NCBI GenBank assembly: GCA_964220215.1
Contig: CAXPTH010000021.1
Coordinates: 926 to 64,925 of the forward strand
DNA length: 64,000 nt
Origin: Alteromonas sp.
Lineage (GTDB): Bacteria; Margulisbacteria; Marinamargulisbacteria; UBA6595
Direction of reading: 5' to 3'
Below, piece after piece: positions 36,456 to 45,218 of this stretch; the first letter of the stretch is position 1, and each line of letters starts with the position of its first letter. Made by a program: the position numbers and the translations under genes. The notes below the pieces were generated by a model. That model was not told where the DNA came from, did no database searches, and was given only the letters and a program-made list of their open reading frames with translations.

Positions 36456-37081
36456 CCCTTACGCTTTCGTAAAAAAACCTCACGCGTTTCGCTTTGTAAA
36501 AACCGATTGGTTTGCTTTTGATTGCCCCAGGTATCCGTGGGTGTGGGGCCATAGTCATGCCCGGGGTAGATCACCGTATCATCGGGCAAGGGCCACAGGG
36601 TTTCGAATAACGCCGTATAGAGCTGCGCCACATCGCTATGGGGAAAATCCGCACGACCACACCCATCCACAAACACAGTATCCCCGGTGATCAACTGCTT
36701 CCCTAGTTGATAACACACCCCGCCGGGGGAATGACCCGGTGTATGCAATACCGCAATGGTATGCCCCGCAAAGGGTATCGTTGCCCCCACAGCCAATCGA
36801 TTCAAAACCATGGGAACAGGCGGATCATAGTGGGCGTACTCCGAAATATAGACAGGTACCTTGTTCAATGCCAGACACTCCGGCACACCCGATACATGAT
36901 CATAATGCTCATGGGTCAACAAAATCCCCACAACCGTTAACCCATGCTGAGTCACAATCGCTTGAAGCTCCGGAATGTCCCAAGCCGGATCCACAATAAG
37001 CGCCTCAGACCCCGACTGAATCACATATTGCATATTGCCCATCGGCCCCGCCCAATGGGTATGAATCACACAATCACTCAT
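36452..37081 (-). CDS. MBL-fold metallo-hydrolase (glyoxalase II-like)
   Basis: THEHYDHVSG (HxHxDH motif), plus HTPGHSPG and GDTVF. Confidence 0.8.
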   Translation of the reverse strand: MSDCVIHTHWAGPMGNMQYVIQSGSEALIVDPAWDIPELQAIVTQHGLTVVGILLTHEHYDHVSGVPECLALNKVPVYISEYAHYDPPVPMVLNRLAVGATIPFAGHTIAVLHTPGHSPGGVCYQLGKQLITGDTVFVDGCGRADFPHSDVAQLYTALFETLWPLPDDTVIYPGHDYGPTPTDTWGNQKQTNRFLQSETREVFLRKRKG

Positions 37082-37710
37082 GCCAATTGCCGTTTTAAAT
37101 AGTTGTATTCTCGCAAAATATCCCGAACGTACGCGCGAGTCTTACGCGCCAAGCGTCGAGACGCCCGAACCGATGAATACCCCTGATAATACGACGCCAA
37201 CGCCATGGTATTCACTTCTGCATGGCCGGCCCAATTGTTGCGCATTTGGGTGAAATACGCCACGGTTCCGGATACATTTTGCCGAATATCAAACGGATCG
37301 GTAATCCCCAAAAGCTCGTAGTTAAAATCTTTAATCTGGCCCAAGCCTCGGGCCGATGTTGCGCTGACAGCATACCGATTAAACCCCGACTCGCGCGCAA
37401 TCAAGGCCGCAATTAACTTGGGATCCACCGAATAGGTTCGGCTATAATCCACAATAGCCTGCGCAATGCGCCGGGCTTCTTCATACTCAACGGTGGTATA
37501 CCGGTCGGTTATATACGTGTAGATAACCTCAAAATCAGCCTCAAATTGCTGCAACGATTTGCCATAGTCATTGGACGTGCGCGGTGTTGGGGATGCGGTT
37601 GATTGCGTCGATTGGGATACTGCCGGGGCAGAATCTCGCACATCGTTTGGGGTCTTGTTCCCCCCAAGCAATAAATACAAAATAACAATGGCAACCGGAA
37701 CTATTGCCAT
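37078..37710 (-). CDS. Lytic transglycosylase (SLT domain) protein
   Basis: N-terminal anchor. Catalytic-glutamate region ALIARESGFNRYAVSATSARGLGQI, and the AYYQGY motif. Confidence 0.8.
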   Translation of the reverse strand: MAIVPVAIVILYLLLGGNKTPNDVRDSAPAVSQSTQSTASPTPRTSNDYGKSLQQFEADFEVIYTYITDRYTTVEYEEARRIAQAIVDYSRTYSVDPKLIAALIARESGFNRYAVSATSARGLGQIKDFNYELLGITDPFDIRQNVSGTVAYFTQMRNNWAGHAEVNTMALASYYQGYSSVRASRRLARKTRAYVRDILREYNYLKRQLA

Positions 37711-38840
37711 GCTTGAACCACCGTTTGAATATAGGCATCAATGCCGCTGAGCGGCACCTGAGTACTGGCACGGGATCGCCGATCAATCACCTCAACCGCC
37801 TGGGCTTCGATATGCTTGCCCACCACAACTTGAAGGGGATAGCCAATCAAATTGGCATCTTTAAACTTAGCCCCCACAGAGCTATCTCGATCATCCAACA
37901 CAACCGAATATTGGGCGTTTAATCGATCATACAACGCCTGAGCTTCCGTCATTTGCGTGGTGTTTTTGGTATTGGCTACAATGATCACCAACTGAAACGG
38001 CGCAACGGCTGGCGGCCAACACATGCCATCCGCATCGTGATGCGCTTCAATAATCGCTGCCATGGTCCGGCCAATGCCAATGCCATAACAGCCCATAAAA
38101 AACGGTTGTTGCTGCCCATTGCTGGCATGAAACTCAGCCTGCATGGGCGCTGAATACACATGACCCAGTTTAAAAATATGCCCCAATTCAATGGGCTCCT
38201 CGGTTTGTGTGACAAATTCAGCCGATTGATCCCCCCCAATGGCGCCCGAATCAGCCGGTACACAGGTGGTGGCCAATCCAAGCGCTTCAAATAATGCATG
38301 GTAAATCCCCATCATGGTATCGTACTGACGGTCCAAACACTCGGCTGTTGCATGAAATGAGTACGCATCTTTCATGCTAAACTCACGCCCACGCATGAGC
38401 CCCGACCGAGGCCGAATTTCATCCCGAAACTTAGTCTGAATTTGATACAAAGTCACGGGCAATTGTTTGTAGGATCGAATGCCGTAACTGGCCAACGAAC
38501 AAATCACTTCCTCATGGGTTGGCCCCAAACAAAAGTCATTGTTGTGCCGATCTACAATACGAAACAACTCCGGACCATATTTATCCCAGCGGCCCGATTG
38601 CTGCCAAAGCCCACTGGGAATTAACACCGGCAAGAGCACTTCTTGTGCGACGGGGTCGAGATACTGGCGAACGATGGCTTCAATTCGCTTGAGCACACGC
38701 ACGCCCATGGGCAAATAACTATAGATTCCGGCGGATATTTGATGAATGAGCCCAGCCCGAATCATCAGCTGGTGACTGGGCATAACGGCATCGTTGGGTG
38801 CCTCTTTTAATGTTGGACAAAACAACTGTGTTGCACGCAT
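37701..38840 (-). CDS. proS: Proline--tRNA ligase, bacterial type, lacking the INS editing domain
   Basis: MRATQLFCPTLKEAPNDA...SHQLMIRAG N-terminus. Motif 2 FRDEIRPRSGLMRGREFSMKDAYSF. Motif 3 GCYGIGIGRTMAA. Only ~7 residues link ADSGAIGGDQSAEF to ELGHIFKLG. Confidence 0.9.
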   Translation of the reverse strand: MRATQLFCPTLKEAPNDAVMPSHQLMIRAGLIHQISAGIYSYLPMGVRVLKRIEAIVRQYLDPVAQEVLLPVLIPSGLWQQSGRWDKYGPELFRIVDRHNNDFCLGPTHEEVICSLASYGIRSYKQLPVTLYQIQTKFRDEIRPRSGLMRGREFSMKDAYSFHATAECLDRQYDTMMGIYHALFEALGLATTCVPADSGAIGGDQSAEFVTQTEEPIELGHIFKLGHVYSAPMQAEFHASNGQQQPFFMGCYGIGIGRTMAAIIEAHHDADGMCWPPAVAPFQLVIIVANTKNTTQMTEAQALYDRLNAQYSVVLDDRDSSVGAKFKDANLIGYPLQVVVGKHIEAQAVEVIDRRSRASTQVPLSGIDAYIQTVVQAWQ

Positions 38841-38889
38841 GGTGTTTAGTATAGCGAAATTCATCAAAATCTGCTACAATTTCCTGTCT

Positions 38890-40137
38890 ATGGGCACCTA
38901 TCAAACACCGCGGGGAACCGTTGATTACCTTCCCGATAAAACCCCCTTATGGCAAACAATTGAACGGACGGCTCGGCACATTTTTGAGCTGTACAATTAC
39001 CAAGAAATCAAGACCCCTATTTTTGAATCTACCGAGCTGTTTACCAGTAGCATTGGTGGCGATACTGACATTGTATCCAAAGAAATGTATACATTCTTAG
39101 ACAAAAAAGGCCGCTCGTTAACCCTTCGGCCCGAAGGCACTGCCGCCATTGCGCGTTCGTACATTCAGCATGCGTTGCACCGAAAAGGCAAGCACCACTT
39201 GCTCTTTTATGTGGGGCCCATGTTTCGGTATGAGCGTCCCCAAGCGGGCCGATTTCGTCAATTTACTCAAATTGGGGTTGAAAATATCGGGTCCCCAGAC
39301 CCCGCCTGCGATGCCGAAGTCATTATTATGGGCATTCAGTTGTTTAAAGCCCTGGGGATCCAAGGGATCGTTCCCCAGCTCAATACCGTGGGCTGCCCCA
39401 TTTGTCGGCCCGTCATTGAAGAACGGCTCAAACAATTTTTAGAATCCAGCCTTCGCGCGTTGTGTGGCGATTGCCAAACACGCTTTGATACCAACCCGCT
39501 GCGCATTTTAGACTGTAAAAAAGGTAGTTGCACCCCCTATTTTTCAGCCATGCCGGATATCCGACAGTCCATTTGTCAGGCTTGCCATGATCACTTTGAC
39601 CAAGTGCTAACCTACTTAGACACCCATGGCGTAACCGTTGAAATTAATCCCAACCTAGTGCGTGGCCTGGATTATTACAATCGAACGGCCTTTGAGCTGG
39701 TATCCAACCATTTGGGCTCACAAAATGCCATTTGTGGTGGGGGGCGCTATGACAGCTTAATTTCGCGATTGGGTGGGCCCAACAGTCCCGCTGTCGGGTT
39801 TGCCTTTGGGATGGAACGACTCATGGCCCTAGTCGACACAGCCATACCCCCCGTCCCCATGGTCTACATTGGCTGTTTGGATGATGATCACTACAGCCAC
39901 TGTTTTTCATTGGCCCACCAACTGCGTGACCATCGCATCAAAGCCATCCATCACCGGGATGCCTTGAGCATCAACGGGCATTTAAAGCGGGCATCCAAAT
40001 CCAATGCGGCCCTGTCCGTGATTATTCAACCCGATGGGCAATCGGCCACGGTGTACGCATCAGGCCAAACCACACTGCCAATGACCGATGTCTTGGCCCA
40101 TATTATTGAGCATACTCCCCAAACACCAATGATGTGA
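38890..40137 (+). CDS. hisS: Histidine--tRNA ligase
   Basis: PRGTVDYLP, LRPEGTAAIAR, FRYERPQAGRFRQFTQ and GGGRYD motifs. Start set at the ATG at 38890 (MGTYQTPRG). Confidence 0.9.
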   Translation: MGTYQTPRGTVDYLPDKTPLWQTIERTARHIFELYNYQEIKTPIFESTELFTSSIGGDTDIVSKEMYTFLDKKGRSLTLRPEGTAAIARSYIQHALHRKGKHHLLFYVGPMFRYERPQAGRFRQFTQIGVENIGSPDPACDAEVIIMGIQLFKALGIQGIVPQLNTVGCPICRPVIEERLKQFLESSLRALCGDCQTRFDTNPLRILDCKKGSCTPYFSAMPDIRQSICQACHDHFDQVLTYLDTHGVTVEINPNLVRGLDYYNRTAFELVSNHLGSQNAICGGGRYDSLISRLGGPNSPAVGFAFGMERLMALVDTAIPPVPMVYIGCLDDDHYSHCFSLAHQLRDHRIKAIHHRDALSINGHLKRASKSNAALSVIIQPDGQSATVYASGQTTLPMTDVLAHIIEHTPQTPMM

Positions 40138-40155
40138 TACACTAACGAGAGAATT

Positions 40156-40905
40156 ATGTCAGCCTTGAAGTCTTTTGAAGCATTTACCGTTATTCCAGCC
40201 ATTGATTTGTTATCCGGTTGCGTGGTTCGGCTAAAACAAGGCGATTATGCACGTGTCACCCAGTATACTACCGATCCCGTATCGGTGGCTCAAGCATTTG
40301 AAGCGGCTGGGGCCACCCATTTGCACATTGTGGATTTGGATGGCGCCAAGTCTGGGTCAACGGACAATGCCGCTGCCATTGCGGCCATTCGGGATACCAC
40401 CCAGTTAACCATTGATGTTGGGGGTGGCATTCGCAGTCCTGAAGCCATTGAGCATTATGCAGCGATTGGGATTGATCATTTTGTTTTGGGGTCGTGCTTA
40501 ATTGATAATTTAGACTATGCGCGTGACCTCATTCAGGCCTACCCCCATCGCATTATTGCCGGCCTCGATCACAAAAACAATTTATTATGCGGCTCGGGCT
40601 GGACCCAAACCTCCAGCATTGACGTTGATACTATGATTCAATCCCTCAATGCCCTACCGTTGCATAGTATTATTTTAACGGATATCGCGACCGACGGCAT
40701 GATGGCGGGTCCCAATTTAGAGCACCTTGCGCAGTGCATCCGCATTAGCCAACACCCCATTATTTTATCCGGGGGTGTTCACAATGCCGAAGCCGTGATT
40801 CAAGCCAAACAGATTGGTGCTGCCGGATGCATTATTGGAAAAGCCTTGTTGTCCGGCGCCTTATCCCTCAATGAAATTTATGCCATACTAAGCCCATCAT
40901 GTTAG
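40156..40905 (+). CDS. hisA: 1-(5-phosphoribosyl)-5-[(5-phosphoribosylamino)methylideneamino]imidazole-4-carboxamide isomerase
   Basis: IPAIDLLSGCVVRLKQGDY, VGGGIRS, DIATDGMMAGPN and SGGV motifs of HisA/HisF-type TIM barrels. Confidence 0.85.
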   Translation: MSALKSFEAFTVIPAIDLLSGCVVRLKQGDYARVTQYTTDPVSVAQAFEAAGATHLHIVDLDGAKSGSTDNAAAIAAIRDTTQLTIDVGGGIRSPEAIEHYAAIGIDHFVLGSCLIDNLDYARDLIQAYPHRIIAGLDHKNNLLCGSGWTQTSSIDVDTMIQSLNALPLHSIILTDIATDGMMAGPNLEHLAQCIRISQHPIILSGGVHNAEAVIQAKQIGAAGCIIGKALLSGALSLNEIYAILSPSC

Positions 40906-42557
40906 TACTAAATATTTTGGGTGGTTTGGGGGTTTTCTTGTACGGGCTAAAACTCATGTCCGATACGTTGCAAAAAATATCCTCCTCCAAACTGCGTTCG
41001 TTTTTTAACAAGTTTACCAAGAACAAATTAATTGGCATTGGGCTTGGGGCTGTGGTCACCAGTATTTTGCAAAGCAGTTCGGCCACAACGGTGATTTTAG
41101 TGGGATTTGCCAATGCGGGGGTCATTAAGCTCACCCAGTGCATTAGCATTATTTTTGGGGCCAATATTGGTACCACAATTACGGCACAAATTATTGCGTT
41201 TAAAAGCAGCACCTTAGCATTGCCGCTCATTGGAGTAAGCGCTTTGTTTTTGCTATTGGCCAAAAAACCCAAAACACGGCGTATTGGTGAATTGTTGCTG
41301 GGCTTGGGCCTGTTATTTTTGGGACTCAAGCTGATGGGATCGTATTTAAAGCCATTGAAAGAAATTCCGTTATTTTCTGAATTGTTTGTTAGTTTTGGGA
41401 CCAACCCGTTGCTGGGAATTTTAGTCGGCACCCTCGTCACCATGGTGTTGCAAAGTAGTTCGGCGACTACAGGGATGATTATTGCCCTGGCCAGTATGGA
41501 TGCAATTAACTTTCAATCGGCCTTTGCTTTGGAACTGGGTGGAAATATTGGCACAACAATTACCGCACAAATCGCCTCCATCAATACCAATATCACCGCT
41601 CGGCGAACGGCCTGGGCGCACACCTTATTTAATGTTATTGGGGCCACGTATATGTTAATTTTGTTTTATATTAAGGTCCATGGGCAACCCATTTTCTTGC
41701 ATCTCATTAATCTATGCACACCTGGAAACGTCTTTGCTGGTGAAAATTTAGCCCGGCATATTGCCAATGCCCACACGGTATTTAATGTCTTCAATGCCAT
41801 CATTATGTTTCCCTTTATTGGCAAGCTGGCCAAATTAACCCAATACATTGTTCCAGGAGAAATTACCAGTCAAGCTCAAACCAAATCGTACATTGATGAT
41901 CGGTTTTCTACCTCCCCGCCCATTTCCCTCATGCAAGCCCGCAAAGAACTTACTCAAATGAACCACCATGTGCATCAGCTCACCACAACGGCCTACAACA
42001 AACTACTGGGCAAATCCAAGCCCTCGCTATCCAATCAAGAAACAGAAAATACCGAGCAAACCGTCAATCAAATGCACAATAAACTCACGCAGTTTTTAGT
42101 TGGCCTCAATGTGAATATTTTAACGGAATCGCAGCACATTAAAAGCAACAAGCTTATTCATACCACCGGGCATTTGGAGCGCGTGGGGGATTATGCCAAC
42201 ACCATTATTAAACGCATTGATGACCAAAATATTCGATTGCCCGAATCCCTCACGCGGATTATTGAGCCCTTATTTGATAAAATCAACCATCAGCACCGGC
42301 TCATTGATCAGATTTTATTGGGGCAACCCAGCGCCCAAAACTCTGAAACGGTCAACCAGCGGGCCATTGAGTTGGAGCAAATGCTACGGCGGGAGCACTT
42401 GAGTGCCATGCGAACCAAAAAATTAAGCACCCAGCAGGGCTTGGCAATTGTGGGCCTTATTCACAATTTAGAGCGGATTTCATCGCATTTAAAGCAAGCC
42501 GCTCAGTCGATCCCGCATACGCAACATGCCTCTTCGGTCGACGTCGAAACGGACTAG
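40899..42557 (+). CDS. Na/Pi cotransporter family protein with PhoU-like C-terminal domain
   Basis: Duplicated QSSSATT motifs (ILQSSSATTVILVGF, VLQSSSATTGMIIAL) and a helical PhoU-like C-terminus. Confidence 0.85.
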   Translation: MLVLNILGGLGVFLYGLKLMSDTLQKISSSKLRSFFNKFTKNKLIGIGLGAVVTSILQSSSATTVILVGFANAGVIKLTQCISIIFGANIGTTITAQIIAFKSSTLALPLIGVSALFLLLAKKPKTRRIGELLLGLGLLFLGLKLMGSYLKPLKEIPLFSELFVSFGTNPLLGILVGTLVTMVLQSSSATTGMIIALASMDAINFQSAFALELGGNIGTTITAQIASINTNITARRTAWAHTLFNVIGATYMLILFYIKVHGQPIFLHLINLCTPGNVFAGENLARHIANAHTVFNVFNAIIMFPFIGKLAKLTQYIVPGEITSQAQTKSYIDDRFSTSPPISLMQARKELTQMNHHVHQLTTTAYNKLLGKSKPSLSNQETENTEQTVNQMHNKLTQFLVGLNVNILTESQHIKSNKLIHTTGHLERVGDYANTIIKRIDDQNIRLPESLTRIIEPLFDKINHQHRLIDQILLGQPSAQNSETVNQRAIELEQMLRREHLSAMRTKKLSTQQGLAIVGLIHNLERISSHLKQAAQSIPHTQHASSVDVETD

Positions 42558-42560
42558 ACC

Positions 42561-43760
42561 GTGAATACCTTAACGATTATTGGCATGGCACTGGGTTTGG
42601 GACTCATGGCCAGTGTTCTGATTCGCAAGCTACGCTTACCCCAAGTCATTGGGCATATTATCATCGGAACTGTCTTGGGTTTATCGGGCTTAAATATCTT
42701 TAACCTGGATAATATTCATGATTTTTTACCCATTTCTAGCATTGCTTTGGGCATGATTGGCTTTTTGATTGGTGGTGAATTGCGGTGGTCGCGTTTGAAA
42801 AAAATTGGACGATCCATCGTCATTATTACGGCATTTGAAACGGTATGTTCGTTATTGGCGGTATTTTTAATTGTGTGGCTCATCACGCGTAGCATTCCCT
42901 TTGCCTTGATTTTAGGGTCTCTGGCGAGTGCCACGGCTCCCGGTGGAACGACGACGGTGATTCAGGAATACCGGGCCCGGGGGCGACTCACGTCAACTTT
43001 ATTTGGGGTCGTGGGCATGGACGATGCCTTTGCCATTATTTTGTATGCCTTTTCCTTTAACCTAGCCAAATCCATGTTAATTCCAAATGCTGTATTTAGC
43101 TGGTCCTCGATTATTCATGCGGGGATTCATGAAATTGGGGGAGCGTTGCTATTGGGTAGTGTCATGGCCAGCATTATTTTACTTACTATTCGTTTATTTA
43201 AGAATGATGATGCTAAAAACGTATTGTTGCTCAGCGGCTTATTTTTATGTGTGGGCATTGGCACCCATTATCAGTGTTCGATTATTTTAACGACCATGTG
43301 CATGGGCATTATTATTGCCAATCGAAAACCCAACCAATCTCGGCATTATTTTACGTTATTGAGTCAATTCACCCCGCCCATTTATATTCTATTTTTTATT
43401 CTAGTCGGTGCTCGGCTGCAAGCCAATATTCTGATCACCATGGGCAGTGTGGGCGTGGCGTATGTTGTGTTTCGAACTTTGGGCAAATTGGTGGGTAGCT
43501 GGCTGGGTGCTGTGTTGGCCAAAGCGCCGGCTAAGGTATCCAAAAATTTGGGGCTGTGTTTGCTCAGCCAAGCGGGGGTGGCCTTGGGGTTGGCCATTTC
43601 AACGTATCACGAACTGTCCACACTATCACCATTGGCGAATACAACCGGTTTGTATATACTAAATATCATCACCGGTAGTACGCTGTTGTTTCAAATTGTT
43701 GGCCCAATATTAACCAAATTAGCCTTACAGCGGGCGGGTGAAATTCAAGGAGATGCATAA
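42561..43760 (+). CDS. Cation:proton antiporter (Na+/H+ exchanger / CPA family)
   Basis: 399-aa polytopic ORF with a GTG start. Profile is typical of Kef/NapA-like CPA transporters (GHIIIGTVLG, GGELR). Confidence 0.7.
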   Translation: MNTLTIIGMALGLGLMASVLIRKLRLPQVIGHIIIGTVLGLSGLNIFNLDNIHDFLPISSIALGMIGFLIGGELRWSRLKKIGRSIVIITAFETVCSLLAVFLIVWLITRSIPFALILGSLASATAPGGTTTVIQEYRARGRLTSTLFGVVGMDDAFAIILYAFSFNLAKSMLIPNAVFSWSSIIHAGIHEIGGALLLGSVMASIILLTIRLFKNDDAKNVLLLSGLFLCVGIGTHYQCSIILTTMCMGIIIANRKPNQSRHYFTLLSQFTPPIYILFFILVGARLQANILITMGSVGVAYVVFRTLGKLVGSWLGAVLAKAPAKVSKNLGLCLLSQAGVALGLAISTYHELSTLSPLANTTGLYILNIITGSTLLFQIVGPILTKLALQRAGEIQGDA

Positions 43761-44444
43761 ATGCTAGATAAATATTTTGGATTTATTAACCTAAGTTTGG
43801 ATACCGAAGAGGCGGTAGTTGAGGCGTTCATTGAGCATACGGCTCTGGACAAAACGGAGCATCAGCACTTGGTGGCGATGTTGCGCGGGTTGTACCAAAA
43901 TTCGGGGGATCTGGTGGAGGTGGAATACGGTAAAATTCGGACCATTACGTTGGAATCCTCAGCGGAGTTTGAGCAGATGGCTGAGCAAATTATTACCAGT
44001 GACTTTTCAGCCAACAAACAAGCACGTTTGTTGACCATTTATACCCGAATTTGCAATATATCCACAGCGATTATTGCATGTGCAAAACGGATGTTGATTT
44101 TGAAACGCATTGGGGGCACCATCCCGGAGTCTTTGCATCCTGAATTGCTCGCAATGATGGATAGTCTTGAAACGATTAATGATCGGTTTAAAGATACGTT
44201 GTCGGCATTATTGGGAAACCGAAAAACCATTGCGACGGCGATCCATGCCGTGAAAGAAATTGAGCAAACGGTGGATCACCAACGTGGGGAATGCTTGACG
44301 CATTTGTATCAGCTAGCCAATACAACGGACATCCCAGCGGGGACGTTTCGTTGTATTGAAAATATTATTGAACATATTGAAACAATTGCCGATACCGTCG
44401 AATCAGCGACGATTTCTATCGAATGGCTGCTACTGGCAGAGTAG
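43761..44444 (+). CDS. Hypothetical helical protein (possible PhoU/DUF47-like regulator)
   Basis: 227-aa ORF starting 1 nt after the antiporter stop. Predicted all-helical. The family call rests on context only. Confidence 0.4.
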   Translation: MLDKYFGFINLSLDTEEAVVEAFIEHTALDKTEHQHLVAMLRGLYQNSGDLVEVEYGKIRTITLESSAEFEQMAEQIITSDFSANKQARLLTIYTRICNISTAIIACAKRMLILKRIGGTIPESLHPELLAMMDSLETINDRFKDTLSALLGNRKTIATAIHAVKEIEQTVDHQRGECLTHLYQLANTTDIPAGTFRCIENIIEHIETIADTVESATISIEWLLLAE

Positions 44445-44466
44445 TCCCCCGCCAGCAATGGCTAAC

Positions 44467-45063
44467 TTATCCCGAATAGCGACTGGATACAAACGCCCAG
44501 TTTACATGATTCCAAAATGCAGCCACATAATCTGGACGGCGATTCTGGTAATGCAAATAATACGCATGCTCCCACACATCCAAGCCCAACAACGGCTGAT
44601 GCCCATCCATCAGCGGATTGTCTTGATTGGGGGTTGAGCTAACAACCAATTGCCCATTATTCACCGACAACCACGCCCAGCCACTCCCAAACCGTGTTTT
44701 GGCCGCTGTTTCAAACGCCGTTTTAAATTCTTCAAAACTACCAAACTGCTGCGCAATCGCATCCGCCAAGGCTCCCGATGGCGCCTGACCCGATTCCGGT
44801 GATAAACATTGCCAAAATAACGCATGATTGTAATGACCACCCCCGTTGTTGCGGACGGCTGTTCGCTTCGCTTCCGGCACCTCATGCAACCGCCCCATCA
44901 AATCCTCAACCGATACACTGGCCAAGGCCGTACCCGCCAAGGCATCATTCACGTTGGTCACATACGCTTGATGATGCTTCCCATGGTGAATTTGCATGGT
45001 GTTCGCATCAATAAATCCAGCCAACGCATCGGGTGCATAGGGCAATTCTGGCAATGTATACAT
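44467..45063 (-). CDS. Fe/Mn superoxide dismutase
   Basis: [21 protein letters not shown] and DVWEHAYYL motifs. Confidence 0.95.
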   Translation of the reverse strand: MYTLPELPYAPDALAGFIDANTMQIHHGKHHQAYVTNVNDALAGTALASVSVEDLMGRLHEVPEAKRTAVRNNGGGHYNHALFWQCLSPESGQAPSGALADAIAQQFGSFEEFKTAFETAAKTRFGSGWAWLSVNNGQLVVSSTPNQDNPLMDGHQPLLGLDVWEHAYYLHYQNRRPDYVAAFWNHVNWAFVSSRYSG

Positions 45064-45218
45064 ACCGTTTATCTCCTTCCTTTAATTTGATTACTACGTC
45101 TTCAAATTTTAGTGTACCGTAAAACCGATTGGCTTGCAAAATATTGTGTAAAATATTGACAAAAACCCCCAATTATTGCTATTTTTTAGTCAGTAATCCA
45201 CCCCATAATGATGACACA

